Translations under genes and position numbers: made by a program
Source of the DNA: Thermoanaerobaculia bacterium
GTDB lineage: Bacteria; Acidobacteriota; Thermoanaerobaculia; Multivoradales; Multivoraceae
NCBI GenBank assembly: GCA_022826745.1
Contig: JAJDUI010000012.1
Span: forward strand, 69,378 to 133,377
Length of the DNA stretch: 64,000 nt
Direction of reading: 5' to 3'
Shown: piece by piece, positions 26,401 through 32,902 of the stretch
How the letters are laid out: each line of letters starts with the position of its first letter
Position numbering within the stretch: position 1 is the stretch's first letter
Notes under the pieces: model-generated
The model's input: only the letters and a program-made list of their open reading frames with translations
Database searches by the model: none
Told to the model about the DNA's origin: nothing

Positions 26401-28232
26401 TGACGTCCGCCACGACGATCGCCGCCCTGGCGCCCCTCTCTATCTCGACCGGCCGCGAGAACGAACTCTGGCCACCCTTCGCCACGCTCGTGATCGGCGG
26501 CCTTCTGACCGCGACCGTGCTGACGCTGCTCGTCATCCCCGTCGGCTTCGTCTTCCTCCGCCGGCTCGACGAGCTGTTCAGTCGCGTGGGCCCCTGGGTG
26601 GTGCTCACCTGGCTCGGCGCCGTCATCGCGACCACGGCGCCTCTGTTCGCGTTCGGCGTGATCGAGTCGCTGTTCTGGCAGGTCACCACGACGGTGCTCA
26701 TCGCCGGCGCGCTGCTGGGTCTCACCGTCTGGCTGCTGCCGAAACCGGCGACGCCGGAACCGGAAGCCGTCAGCGGGCCGCCCAGGCTCGTCGTTCGTCA
26801 CCTGCGCAAGACGTACGGCCTTCCCGGACCGGTGCGCCGGGCGCTGCGAGCTTCCACGGAGTTCGCCAGGCGCGTCGCTTCCGCCGGCGGCCAGGCGTTC
26901 CATCCGGCCGACGCGCGCGACCGGCTCCTGCCCCTGTTGCTGCTGCTGGCCGGCGCGATCACCCTGGCCGTGCGCATCCGCGGCGGTCTGGTCATCCTCG
27001 GCATCTGGATCGCGATCCTGCTCCTCGGCTCCAGCCTGCTGCGCGAGATCCGGCGGGCCCGCGGCCACGCCGACGCGCTGGGGCGCGTGAAGCCGGGCGG
27101 CATCGAGGGTGTGCTGACGGCCCTGCTGCCCTGGGGGATCCTCGCGTGGCTGGTCGGCCCGGAGATGGTCGCCGACCCGGAGATCGCCGGCTTCGTCGCC
27201 CTGGCCATCGTCTCCGCGATCATCCTGCTGATCCAGCTCGGGCGGCGTACGGCACGCGTGGAGACGATGCGCCGGGACCAGAAGACGTCTCGGCGCCGCC
27301 GCGCCCGGGGCCTGCGCGGCCAGATCCTCCGTCTCTGGCGCGCCGCCGCAACCAAGCTCTTCGGCCTCGACCTGCCGATCGACACCGTAAAGGCCCTGGC
27401 CGCGGTCAGCTTCGAGGTCGACCGCGGCATGGTCGGCGTGCTCGGCCCGAACGGCGCCGGCAAGACGACCCTGCTGCGGCAGTTGACCGGCATCCTGGAC
27501 TCGACCCGGGGCCGCATCACGCTGGGCGGCGTGCCGCTGCTCAGCGTCCGCAAACGCCTCGCGCGCTACGTCGGCTACCTGCCCCAGGACGCCGGCCTGC
27601 CCCCTCGTCTGACCGCCCGCCAGTACCTCGAGTACTACGCCGCGCTCTACCAGATCGACGCCTCCGAGCGGGCCGAGCGCATCTCGACCCTGCTGCGGGA
27701 GGTCGGTCTCGACGAGCGGGCCGACGAGCAGATCGGCGGCTACTCCGGCGGCATGCGGCAGCGCGTCGCGGTGGCGCGCACCCTGCTCCGACTGCCTCCG
27801 ATCATCGTCGTCGACGAGCCCACGGTCGGCCTCGATCCCCGGGAACGGGTCCGCTTCCGCAACCTGCTCTCGCGTCTGGCCAAGGACCGGATCGTCCTGT
27901 TCTCCACCCACGTCGTCGAAGACGTCGCCGTGGCGTGCGAGCGGGTCCTCGTGCTGACGCGCGGCCGCATGGTCTTCGACGGCCATCCGGCGGCCCTGTC
28001 GCGGGAAGCGGAGGGCCGGGTGTGGTCGTGGCGGACCGCGGACGGCGGCGAGGCGCCGGATCTGCCGGAAGGCGCGGTGCTGGCTGACCAGAAGCCGGAA
28101 GCCGACGGCACCAGCAGCCTGCGCGTGCTTGCCGCGGCCCGTCCCGACGAACGGGCCGAGCCGGTCGAACCGACCCTGGAGGACGGCTACCTGTGGCTCG
28201 CCCGGTCGGTGCGTGGAGAGGCGCCGGCATGA
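23427..28232 (+). CDS. RND efflux permease fused in one ORF to extra TM segments and a C-terminal ABC ATPase domain
   Basis: Likely GTG start at 23427, 13 nt after the previous stop ('VKAGLDTLAIRRPVAVSMFFVGLVLLGGFAWQRLPVELFP'). The RND body runs to about nt 26580 (TM4 'GLAVGIGLIVDNSVVVYESV'). Two TM helices follow, then the ABC-like strand 'PRLVVRHLRKTYG' (about 26781), a ~190-aa hydrophobic insert, and a complete NBD. The NBD has Walker A 'GPNGAGKTT' (about 27444), 'YSGGMRQRV', 'IIVVDEPTVGLD' and 'LFSTHVVED'. The frame is open throughout. Confidence 0.75.
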   Translation: MKAGLDTLAIRRPVAVSMFFVGLVLLGGFAWQRLPVELFPALTGDSLYVSFFRPGSEPETVEREILMPLEARVRTLPRVAETWGEVTGSSGSFTVRFERGVDLKVRELEMRRIAADLARTQPRDAFLDVQSDDTSVFSSFAMILQATGSDDEDALHDLVEELITPRLAAVPGVSQAMVGGGAARQLTVWVDPNRCAALGVTTEEVTAAVRGAAGRLRYLGSLEDEAGRTAVMLDGRPVGTVSMGEVRVVPDRPVLVRHVADVEIGSGRRQMLYRVNGEPSVGVLVFQEEGANLVRLGRDLRRRIEEINEEFTPLGIRLLVSFDAAELVETQIDRLRNLGLSGFAIALLVLFLFLRQWRAVAVVAVAVPVSLAVALSFLYVAGLSLNLFTLFGLAVGIGLIVDNSVVVYESVQRRLERGRSPDDAAAGGIRRTGRAIVAASVTTGIVFLPAVIVDLESSLVQNLIGLLSLAILLPLFGSLLVAIGLVPLLARHLAAPAAIRRLSKLRQRRERFGGKAPPDPTRILFAGVLASALRRPASWITGVVTAVVLSVIAALFLVASSGPGQAPIADQVQLSVRLPEGRGSLESAVRAFERLETVQEVDGVDRVESMIREEGGSLTVHLVDEDERPEDLTAAFVRRLLRPPARRAGVELLNPGEGEGPGGRGGGGGGAQELLGGGPSRVVLSGNDNEQLTDLAAQVTERLREIEGIASAYPAVRPGPDELHVSPNRRAFDTFGVLLDEVLPMLNLAGREGTRIATGFPLASGRELPIVVQRQESQRDEAQLMDGSSFNRDVSLSGLQRLRVSTGIGVLPVAALAQVRQAPPSPVITHHNGVREREVLYTLSQDVPRRGPARDAFDRSLDEAIASIHRPAGTTIALDRSEESTNWFRRIAVPVVLLVFLVLAVTFESMTLPILVLIALPLALLGSVWALVVTGMGFEAMALLGALVLLGLAINPAVLLVDRMQQHTLGAGWSAGAAALAAVRERARPVLMTSATTIAALAPLSISTGRENELWPPFATLVIGGLLTATVLTLLVIPVGFVFLRRLDELFSRVGPWVVLTWLGAVIATTAPLFAFGVIESLFWQVTTTVLIAGALLGLTVWLLPKPATPEPEAVSGPPRLVVRHLRKTYGLPGPVRRALRASTEFARRVASAGGQAFHPADARDRLLPLLLLLAGAITLAVRIRGGLVILGIWIAILLLGSSLLREIRRARGHADALGRVKPGGIEGVLTALLPWGILAWLVGPEMVADPEIAGFVALAIVSAIILLIQLGRRTARVETMRRDQKTSRRRRARGLRGQILRLWRAAATKLFGLDLPIDTVKALAAVSFEVDRGMVGVLGPNGAGKTTLLRQLTGILDSTRGRITLGGVPLLSVRKRLARYVGYLPQDAGLPPRLTARQYLEYYAALYQIDASERAERISTLLREVGLDERADEQIGGYSGGMRQRVAVARTLLRLPPIIVVDEPTVGLDPRERVRFRNLLSRLAKDRIVLFSTHVVEDVAVACERVLVLTRGRMVFDGHPAALSREAEGRVWSWRTADGGEAPDLPEGAVLADQKPEADGTSSLRVLAAARPDERAEPVEPTLEDGYLWLARSVRGEAPA

Positions 28233-28906
28233 TCACGGTGCTGCGGACCTCCGCGGTCCTGCTCGCCGGACGCAGGTACTGGTTGCTGCCATTCCTGCCT
28301 CTCGTATGGCTGGGAATACAGGCCGTCATGCTGGTGGCCGGGATGCGGCCCAGCGTGGAGCCGGTGGCCGCCCAGAACGCCCTGATCGGCGTGCCGGTGG
28401 CGGTTCTCGCCATCTTCCTGGGCGGGCGCACGATCACCGGCGAACTCGACCAGCACAGCCTGGAGATCGCCTACACCGTGCCCGGAGGCGCCCACCGCGT
28501 CTGGCTCGGCAAGCTCGCCGCCGCCATCCTGATGCTGCTCACCAGCCTGGTTCTCCTGGCCGTCGTCACCTATGCCTTCTTCACCGACTTCCCGGTCCTG
28601 TCGAGCCTGTACGGCGCCACCCAGGGAGTCGTCTTCTACCTCGCGGCGGCGATGGGCTTCGGAACGCTGTTCCGCAGCGAGGTTGCCGGCTCCCTGGCCA
28701 CCGTCGGCCTTCTCGGCCTGAACAGCCTGCTCAGCGCGCTCCGCATCTCACCGTTCTGGAATCCGCTCACCGTGGAAGAAGCCGACGCGGCGCAGATGCT
28801 CGCGCTGAACGTTCAGAACCGCATTGGCGTCGCTCTCGCGATCGCGGCGATCGTTGCGCTCACCTTCAGCCGAGCGGAACGTCGCGAGAAGATGCTCGCC
28901 GGCTGA
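28229..28906 (+). CDS. 6-TM ABC-2 type permease (copy 1)
   Basis: ATG overlaps the stop of the fused ATPase (ATGA, 28229-28232). It has the ABC-2 style motif 'ITGELDQHSLEIAYTVPGGAHRVWLGKLAA' and multiple TM segments. It is a paralogue of 29784-30467. Confidence 0.75.
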   Translation: MITVLRTSAVLLAGRRYWLLPFLPLVWLGIQAVMLVAGMRPSVEPVAAQNALIGVPVAVLAIFLGGRTITGELDQHSLEIAYTVPGGAHRVWLGKLAAAILMLLTSLVLLAVVTYAFFTDFPVLSSLYGATQGVVFYLAAAMGFGTLFRSEVAGSLATVGLLGLNSLLSALRISPFWNPLTVEEADAAQMLALNVQNRIGVALAIAAIVALTFSRAERREKMLAG

Positions 28907-28990
28907 ACGCAGCCTTCGTACTCGATCTGACACGCAGCCACCCGCCACCCCGCCCCGCTCAGGTCACTCCACCGCAAGCGCACTCCGTTT

Positions 28991-29008
28991 TCCGTCTAGA
29001 TCCATAGG
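28991..29008 (+). promoter_or_regulatory. conserved 18-nt motif upstream of peptide gene 1
   Basis: TCCGTCTAGATCCATAGG is identical at 16/18 positions to 30576-30593 in the equivalent intergenic region of the duplicated module. It lies 157 nt upstream of the ATG. Its function is unknown. Confidence 0.35.
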
Positions 29009-29164
29009 CGGTCCACCGCCGCCGCAAGCGCCCCTGGGCGTTGCGGCGCTCCGGACCTGTGGAGGTCTTCCGCACGCGGAGGATCTTCCGCCGATCCACG
29101 TCGGCTGTCTGCCCGAACCGGGCCGACGGCAACACGAGACCTATGGAACGAAAGGAAACGAATC

Positions 29165-29464
29165 ATGATGAAGAAGATCCTGCCTGTTGCAGTGACAACA
29201 CTGGTGCTTGTGCTGAGTGCTGGTAGTACGTTCGCAGAGCCACCGGACCCCGCCGCCCCAAGCGACACATCCGGCATCGACTACGACCAGTTCCAACGAC
29301 TCCCGGACGCCGAAATGGCGGCAGTGACCGGAGGCGCCTGGTGGTCCGGAGGCTGCACCGGCGTCATTCGCGGGGCTGGCTTCATTCTCTGGTTGCATGG
29401 TCTTGCCGGCAACCCGGTCCAACAGGGTGTTGGGCTCTACATGCAACAGGTGGAGTGTGCGTAG
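29165..29464 (+). CDS. small secreted peptide precursor 1 (Sec signal plus double-glycine-type motif plus 42-aa two-Cys core)
   Basis: 99-aa ORF with RBS GAAAGGAA. Signal peptide 'MMKKILPVAVTTLVLVLSAGSTFA'. 'LPDAEMAAVTGG' fits the L(-12) E(-8) M(-7) V(-4) G(-2) G(-1) pattern. The core is 'AWWSGGCTGVIRGAGFILWLHGLAGNPVQQGVGLYMQQVECA'. It is a paralogue of 30727-31008. Confidence 0.6.
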   Translation: MMKKILPVAVTTLVLVLSAGSTFAEPPDPAAPSDTSGIDYDQFQRLPDAEMAAVTGGAWWSGGCTGVIRGAGFILWLHGLAGNPVQQGVGLYMQQVECA

Positions 29465-29485
29465 CCGGCCCGTCTTCTGCCGGCT
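29463..29485 (+). terminator. hairpin overlapping the stop codon of peptide gene 1
   Basis: AGCCGGC (29463-29469) / GCCGGCT (29479-29485) form a perfect 7-bp stem with a 9-nt loop, followed by TCAGTT. The T-tract is weak. Confidence 0.35.
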
Positions 29486-29745
29486 TCAGTTGACGACACT
29501 CGCCGCCTTCTCTCTGAGGTCCCCGAGGGACGGACAGACTGCATAACGCGGCTCTCACTTTGACAGGCGCGATGACGATGTTCATTAGTCCACAAAGCCA
29601 CTTCCAAATGGGGGCTGCATCACCTGCGGCACAAGGGCGTCAATCGGCCCCACGTGCCTCTCCAAGTGGGCGCATCATCTTCGTCGCCATCGCGCCGTCG
29701 TCGTCCGTCTCGCTTCATCAGCTCCCAGGTACCAAGCACAGCAAG

Positions 29746-29787
29746 ATCTGGCTCGCTCGGGCAGCGGTCGTTGCAGCCCCGGCATGA
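29746..29787 (+). pseudogene. remnant of an ABC ATPase 3' end retained in the duplicated module
   Basis: 'ATCTGGCTCGCTCGGGCAGCGGTCGTTGCAGCCCCGGCATGA' (IWLARAAVVAAPA*) aligns with the 3' end of the fused ATPase at about 28189-28232 ('YLWLARSVRGEAPA*'), including the ATGA junction. Upstream of about 29740 I see no NBD similarity. Confidence 0.45.
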
Positions 29788-30467
29788 TCACGATCATCCG
29801 ACTCTCCGCAGTGCTCCTCGGGGGCCAGCGCTACTGGCTGCTACCCCTGTTGCCCCTGCTGTGGCTGGCGGGCCAAGCAATGCTGCTCGTCGCCAACGTT
29901 CGGCCGAGCTTCGAACCCGTCGCCGCACAGAACACACTGATAGGAGTGCCAGTCGCGGTCCTCGCAGCGTTTCTGGGCGGCCGGATCATCGCTGGCGAAC
30001 TCGACCAGCGCACAATCGAGATCGCCTACACAGTACCCGGGGGTACCCGCTTCGTCTGGTTTGGGAAGCTCGCAGCCGCGGCCTTGCTCCTGGCTGCCAG
30101 CGCGGCATTGAGCGCGGCGTTGACGTTCGCTCTCTTCACTCCGTTCCCCGTCCTCCAGACTCTCTATGGGGCAGTGCAGGGAGCCCTCTTCTCCCTGGTA
30201 GCGACCAACGGGCTCTCAACACTCTTCCGCAGCGAAACCGCAGGTGCCATGGCCGCCACCGTTGTACTTCTCGTGAACGTTCGGTTCCCAACGACCCACT
30301 TCCGCGTCTCGCCGTTCTGGAACCCGCTCACGGTGGAGGGAGCAGACGCCGATCGGTTGGTCGCGATGGCCGTCCAGAACCGGATCGGGATCGCGCTCGT
30401 CATTGCCGCCATCCTCGCGCTCACCTTCGCCCGCGCGGAACGCCGCGAGCGAATGCTGGGCGGCTGA
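29784..30467 (+). CDS. 6-TM ABC-2 type permease (copy 2, paralogue of 28229-28906)
   Basis: 227-aa ORF colinear with copy 1: 'MITIIRLSAVLLGGQRYWLLPLLPLLWL...IAGELDQRTIEIAYTVPGG...SPFWNPLTVEGADA...QNRIGIALVIAAILALTFARAERRERMLGG'. By eye about two-thirds of residues are identical. No cognate ATPase gene is adjacent. Confidence 0.75.
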   Translation: MITIIRLSAVLLGGQRYWLLPLLPLLWLAGQAMLLVANVRPSFEPVAAQNTLIGVPVAVLAAFLGGRIIAGELDQRTIEIAYTVPGGTRFVWFGKLAAAALLLAASAALSAALTFALFTPFPVLQTLYGAVQGALFSLVATNGLSTLFRSETAGAMAATVVLLVNVRFPTTHFRVSPFWNPLTVEGADADRLVAMAVQNRIGIALVIAAILALTFARAERRERMLGG

Positions 30468-30575
30468 GATCGCACCCGGTACTCCTCACTGGCGCGCAGG
30501 TGCACCCCTCCCGCGCGAACCACGCCATCGTCCGCGCGGCCTCGTCTTCACGAGTGCCAAGTCCGTCCGCTCGAA

Positions 30576-30593
30576 TCCGTCCAGATCCATAGA
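30576..30593 (+). promoter_or_regulatory. conserved 18-nt motif upstream of peptide gene 2
   Basis: TCCGTCCAGATCCATAGA is the second copy of the motif at 28991-29008. It lies 134 nt upstream of the ATG. Confidence 0.35.
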
Positions 30594-30726
30594 TGGCGTA
30601 CGACCGTTCGTTGCGCCGAGAACCGCGCCGGTGAGTCGACGGGCGAAGCACCTCCAAGGCGAAGCCACGCCCTCAAGAACCTCGCGGGATCAACCAAAGA
30701 ACAAGAACCGAGAAAGGAACCCAACA

Positions 30727-31008
30727 ATGAAGAGAGCCCTGACCATCGCACTGGCGGTCGTCGTGTTCGGCGCCGGCACTGTGTTCGCACTGGCGCCGCA
30801 CCCGACTCCAGTGGACGACGCCGCGAACATCGATGCCTACGACCTCGGACCGCTCTCCGAAACGGATCTCCGCGCCGTCTTCGGCGCTCGATGGACCGCG
30901 TGTACCGCCGACCTTACGATGGCCCAGATGCACTTCATGGCCGGCAATCCAGTCGCGGGAGCCTTCCATCTCCTCGCGGCGTATCTCCGTCCGGCGATCT
31001 GCTCGTGA
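30727..31008 (+). CDS. small secreted peptide precursor 2 (Sec signal plus G-A double-glycine-type motif plus 39-aa two-Cys core)
   Basis: Internal ATG of track ORF 30403..31008, with RBS GAAAGGAA. Signal peptide 'MKRALTIALAVVVFGAGTVFALA'. 'LSETDLRAVFGA' fits L(-12) D(-8) L(-7) V(-4) G(-2) A(-1). The core is 'RWTACTADLTMAQMHFMAGNPVAGAFHLLAAYLRPAICS'. It shares 'IDxYD', 'AGNPV' and both Cys positions with peptide 1. Confidence 0.6.
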   Translation: MKRALTIALAVVVFGAGTVFALAPHPTPVDDAANIDAYDLGPLSETDLRAVFGARWTACTADLTMAQMHFMAGNPVAGAFHLLAAYLRPAICS

Positions 31009-31128
31009 GAACGGGCGGAGGAGCCGGAGCTTGACTACCGTCGTCCGGCACGCCGCCGTGCTGCTCGGGGGTCCAGGGAATCGAGGTTCAGATGACCCGT
31101 TGAATCACCGCGAATCCCGACTACCGGG

Positions 31129-32205
31129 TCAGAACTCGCAGGCCAGTCCGGGGTAGCGGAACACGACGCCCGGATCGAGCTGCTTCGGCTTGTTCGCCGC
31201 CTCTTCGGCGCGGGCGCCGGCGAGCATTCCCTCCATCCCGTAGTTGCCCTCGTGACAGGCGTACTCATAGATCGCGTCCTCGGTGCGCTTGAGGGGAATC
31301 GACGCCGTCCAGGGCTTCGTCCATGTCCCCGGATCGTTCACCGTGACCTCCCATTCCAGCGTCTCCGGGTCTGTCAGGGTGAACCGCTCGGTGATCGTGA
31401 GCTGCTCCGAAGAGCCCATGAAGTCGTTCTTCTCCGAGTAGTTCGCCGTCTCGACCACCAGCGTGTCGCCGTCCCAGTGGCCGCGGGAGTCGCCGTTCCA
31501 GAGGCGGACGTCGTCGTCGAGAACGGACTCGTCGCCCAGCCGAATGACGCGGGCGTCGTGGATCATCTCCTGGTGGATGACGACGTGGTCCGGGCTCTGG
31601 AAGAACTGGTGGTAGCCGTTGTAGCCGGCGAAGATGAAGGGGGCGCCGTAGCTGATACAGCGCTCGGCGATCGGGCGGTCGAGCCAGGAGTCGGCCGGAT
31701 GCTCCATCAGGTGCTTAACCCGCTTGCAGAGACGCTCCCTCGCCGGTTCGGTGAAGGGCGGGATCAGTCCGTCCGGTGGATCGACGACCAGGGAGGTGCG
31801 CTTCGTGAAGTAGCGGTCCGCGATCCAGAACTGGTTGTAGTTGCCGGTCGTCGGGTCGTATGAGGTCGCCTTGGTCCGCTCGATCGCAGCCAGGACGAGC
31901 TGGTCGCCGAACAGGGCGTCGGCGCCCGGGTTCGTCGCCTCGGCGACGGCCGCCATCAGCTCCTGGAACTCCTCGTCCGTCAGGCGTTCCTTGCCCGCCC
32001 ATGCGGCGGGGCGCTGCAGCGGCGTGCCGTTGTTGTTGGCCCACACGCCCTGGAGGTCGGGATGGCCGTAGGCGGTACGCGGGATCGTCCAGTCCGCGTC
32101 TGCCGCGTTGTTGTTCGCTGCCGGCACCGCACCGGCGGCCAGCCCGAGCAACAGGGCCATCACGCCAATCGTCGCCACGGCTCTCAACCGTTCGTTCTTC
32201 CTCAT
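31129..32205 (-). CDS. conserved hypothetical secreted protein
   Basis: Likely start is ATG at 32205 ('MRKNERLRAVATIGVMALLLGLAAGAVPA'), preceded by GGGAGGG; the track ORF extends to 32319. I recognise no catalytic motif. The C-terminal region reads 'YEYACHEGNYGMEGMLAG'. Confidence 0.6.
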   Translation of the reverse strand: MRKNERLRAVATIGVMALLLGLAAGAVPAANNNAADADWTIPRTAYGHPDLQGVWANNNGTPLQRPAAWAGKERLTDEEFQELMAAVAEATNPGADALFGDQLVLAAIERTKATSYDPTTGNYNQFWIADRYFTKRTSLVVDPPDGLIPPFTEPARERLCKRVKHLMEHPADSWLDRPIAERCISYGAPFIFAGYNGYHQFFQSPDHVVIHQEMIHDARVIRLGDESVLDDDVRLWNGDSRGHWDGDTLVVETANYSEKNDFMGSSEQLTITERFTLTDPETLEWEVTVNDPGTWTKPWTASIPLKRTEDAIYEYACHEGNYGMEGMLAGARAEEAANKPKQLDPGVVFRYPGLACEF

Positions 32206-32275
32206 CCGACTACCCTCCCAAGACGGGTGAACATCGCGTCCTCCGATCATAGCCGCCGGTTCACGGCGATCCTCG

Positions 32276-32770
32276 TCACGTCCAGCCCCAGGCGTTCGCT
32301 TCGTCATCCCAGAGCGCATAGCAATCAGTCGCCAGACCGGCCTCGAGGACCCAGTTGGGCATGTCGGTCACCAGTCCGGTGGGGCCCTGCTGGACCGTGA
32401 TCGGGCGGCCGTTCGCGGTCCAGGCCGACAGCACGTGACCCAGCACCTGCGCCCCCTCACCTTCTCCGGACTCCACGTCGAGCGAGTCGATCCGTACCCG
32501 CCACTCGACGTTCTCGCCGGAACCGTCAGGGCGAATGAAACGAAGCTCGTCGCCGTCGGCTTCGAAGTCCGCCACCAGGTCGATCGATTCGATCTGCGCG
32601 ATGAACGACGCGCGCAGCGTGTCCACGTCCGGCTGAGGTTCCGACGGACCGCAGGCCGCGATCGCTCCGACCAGAGCCAGGGACAACAGACCGCCGCCGA
32701 GAAGCCGGCCGCCGGCGCGAGGACGCGCCGCGGACCGACCTGACTGCCGTGTTTCGACGATGTGGAACAT
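32276..32770 (-). CDS. hypothetical lipoprotein
   Basis: Only the last 164 codons of track ORF 32276..34639 look real. The start is ATG at 32770 ('MFHIVETRQSGRSAARPRAGGRLLGGGLLSLALVGAIAACGP', lipobox AIAAC). The upstream part of that ORF is antisense to the MFS gene. Confidence 0.55.
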   Translation of the reverse strand: MFHIVETRQSGRSAARPRAGGRLLGGGLLSLALVGAIAACGPSEPQPDVDTLRASFIAQIESIDLVADFEADGDELRFIRPDGSGENVEWRVRIDSLDVESGEGEGAQVLGHVLSAWTANGRPITVQQGPTGLVTDMPNWVLEAGLATDCYALWDDEANAWGWT

Positions 32771-32902
32771 GGCGTCAACTCTAACGCCTGGCCCACGTAC
32801 TACTCTCGCGACGCTCCAGTACCTCGCCGGCACTCCAGGCCCGGGGACGGCGATTCCGCGCTCTCTTCCGCGGCAACCCCACCGGCGGAGCCGGTCCACA
32901 CC

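Noticed and set aside
29603-29678. A direct repeat, TCCAAATGGGGGCTGCATCA / TCCAAGTGGGCGCATCA, about 58 nt apart upstream of permease copy 2.
   Set aside because: It is short and imperfect, needs a 3-nt gap, and lies in a decaying remnant region. It has no counterpart in module 1, so I cannot distinguish it from chance.
14601-31008. Calling the locus a classical double-glycine bacteriocin system (PCAT-type ABC exporter with a C39 peptidase), or a lanthipeptide/RiPP cluster.
   Set aside because: Neither ABC ATPase nor any permease has an N-terminal C39 peptidase domain (I see no Cys/His peptidase motif). No modification enzymes are present, and the peptides carry Sec signals. The resemblance is limited to the leader-type motif, so I report it as a hypothesis about a different mechanism.
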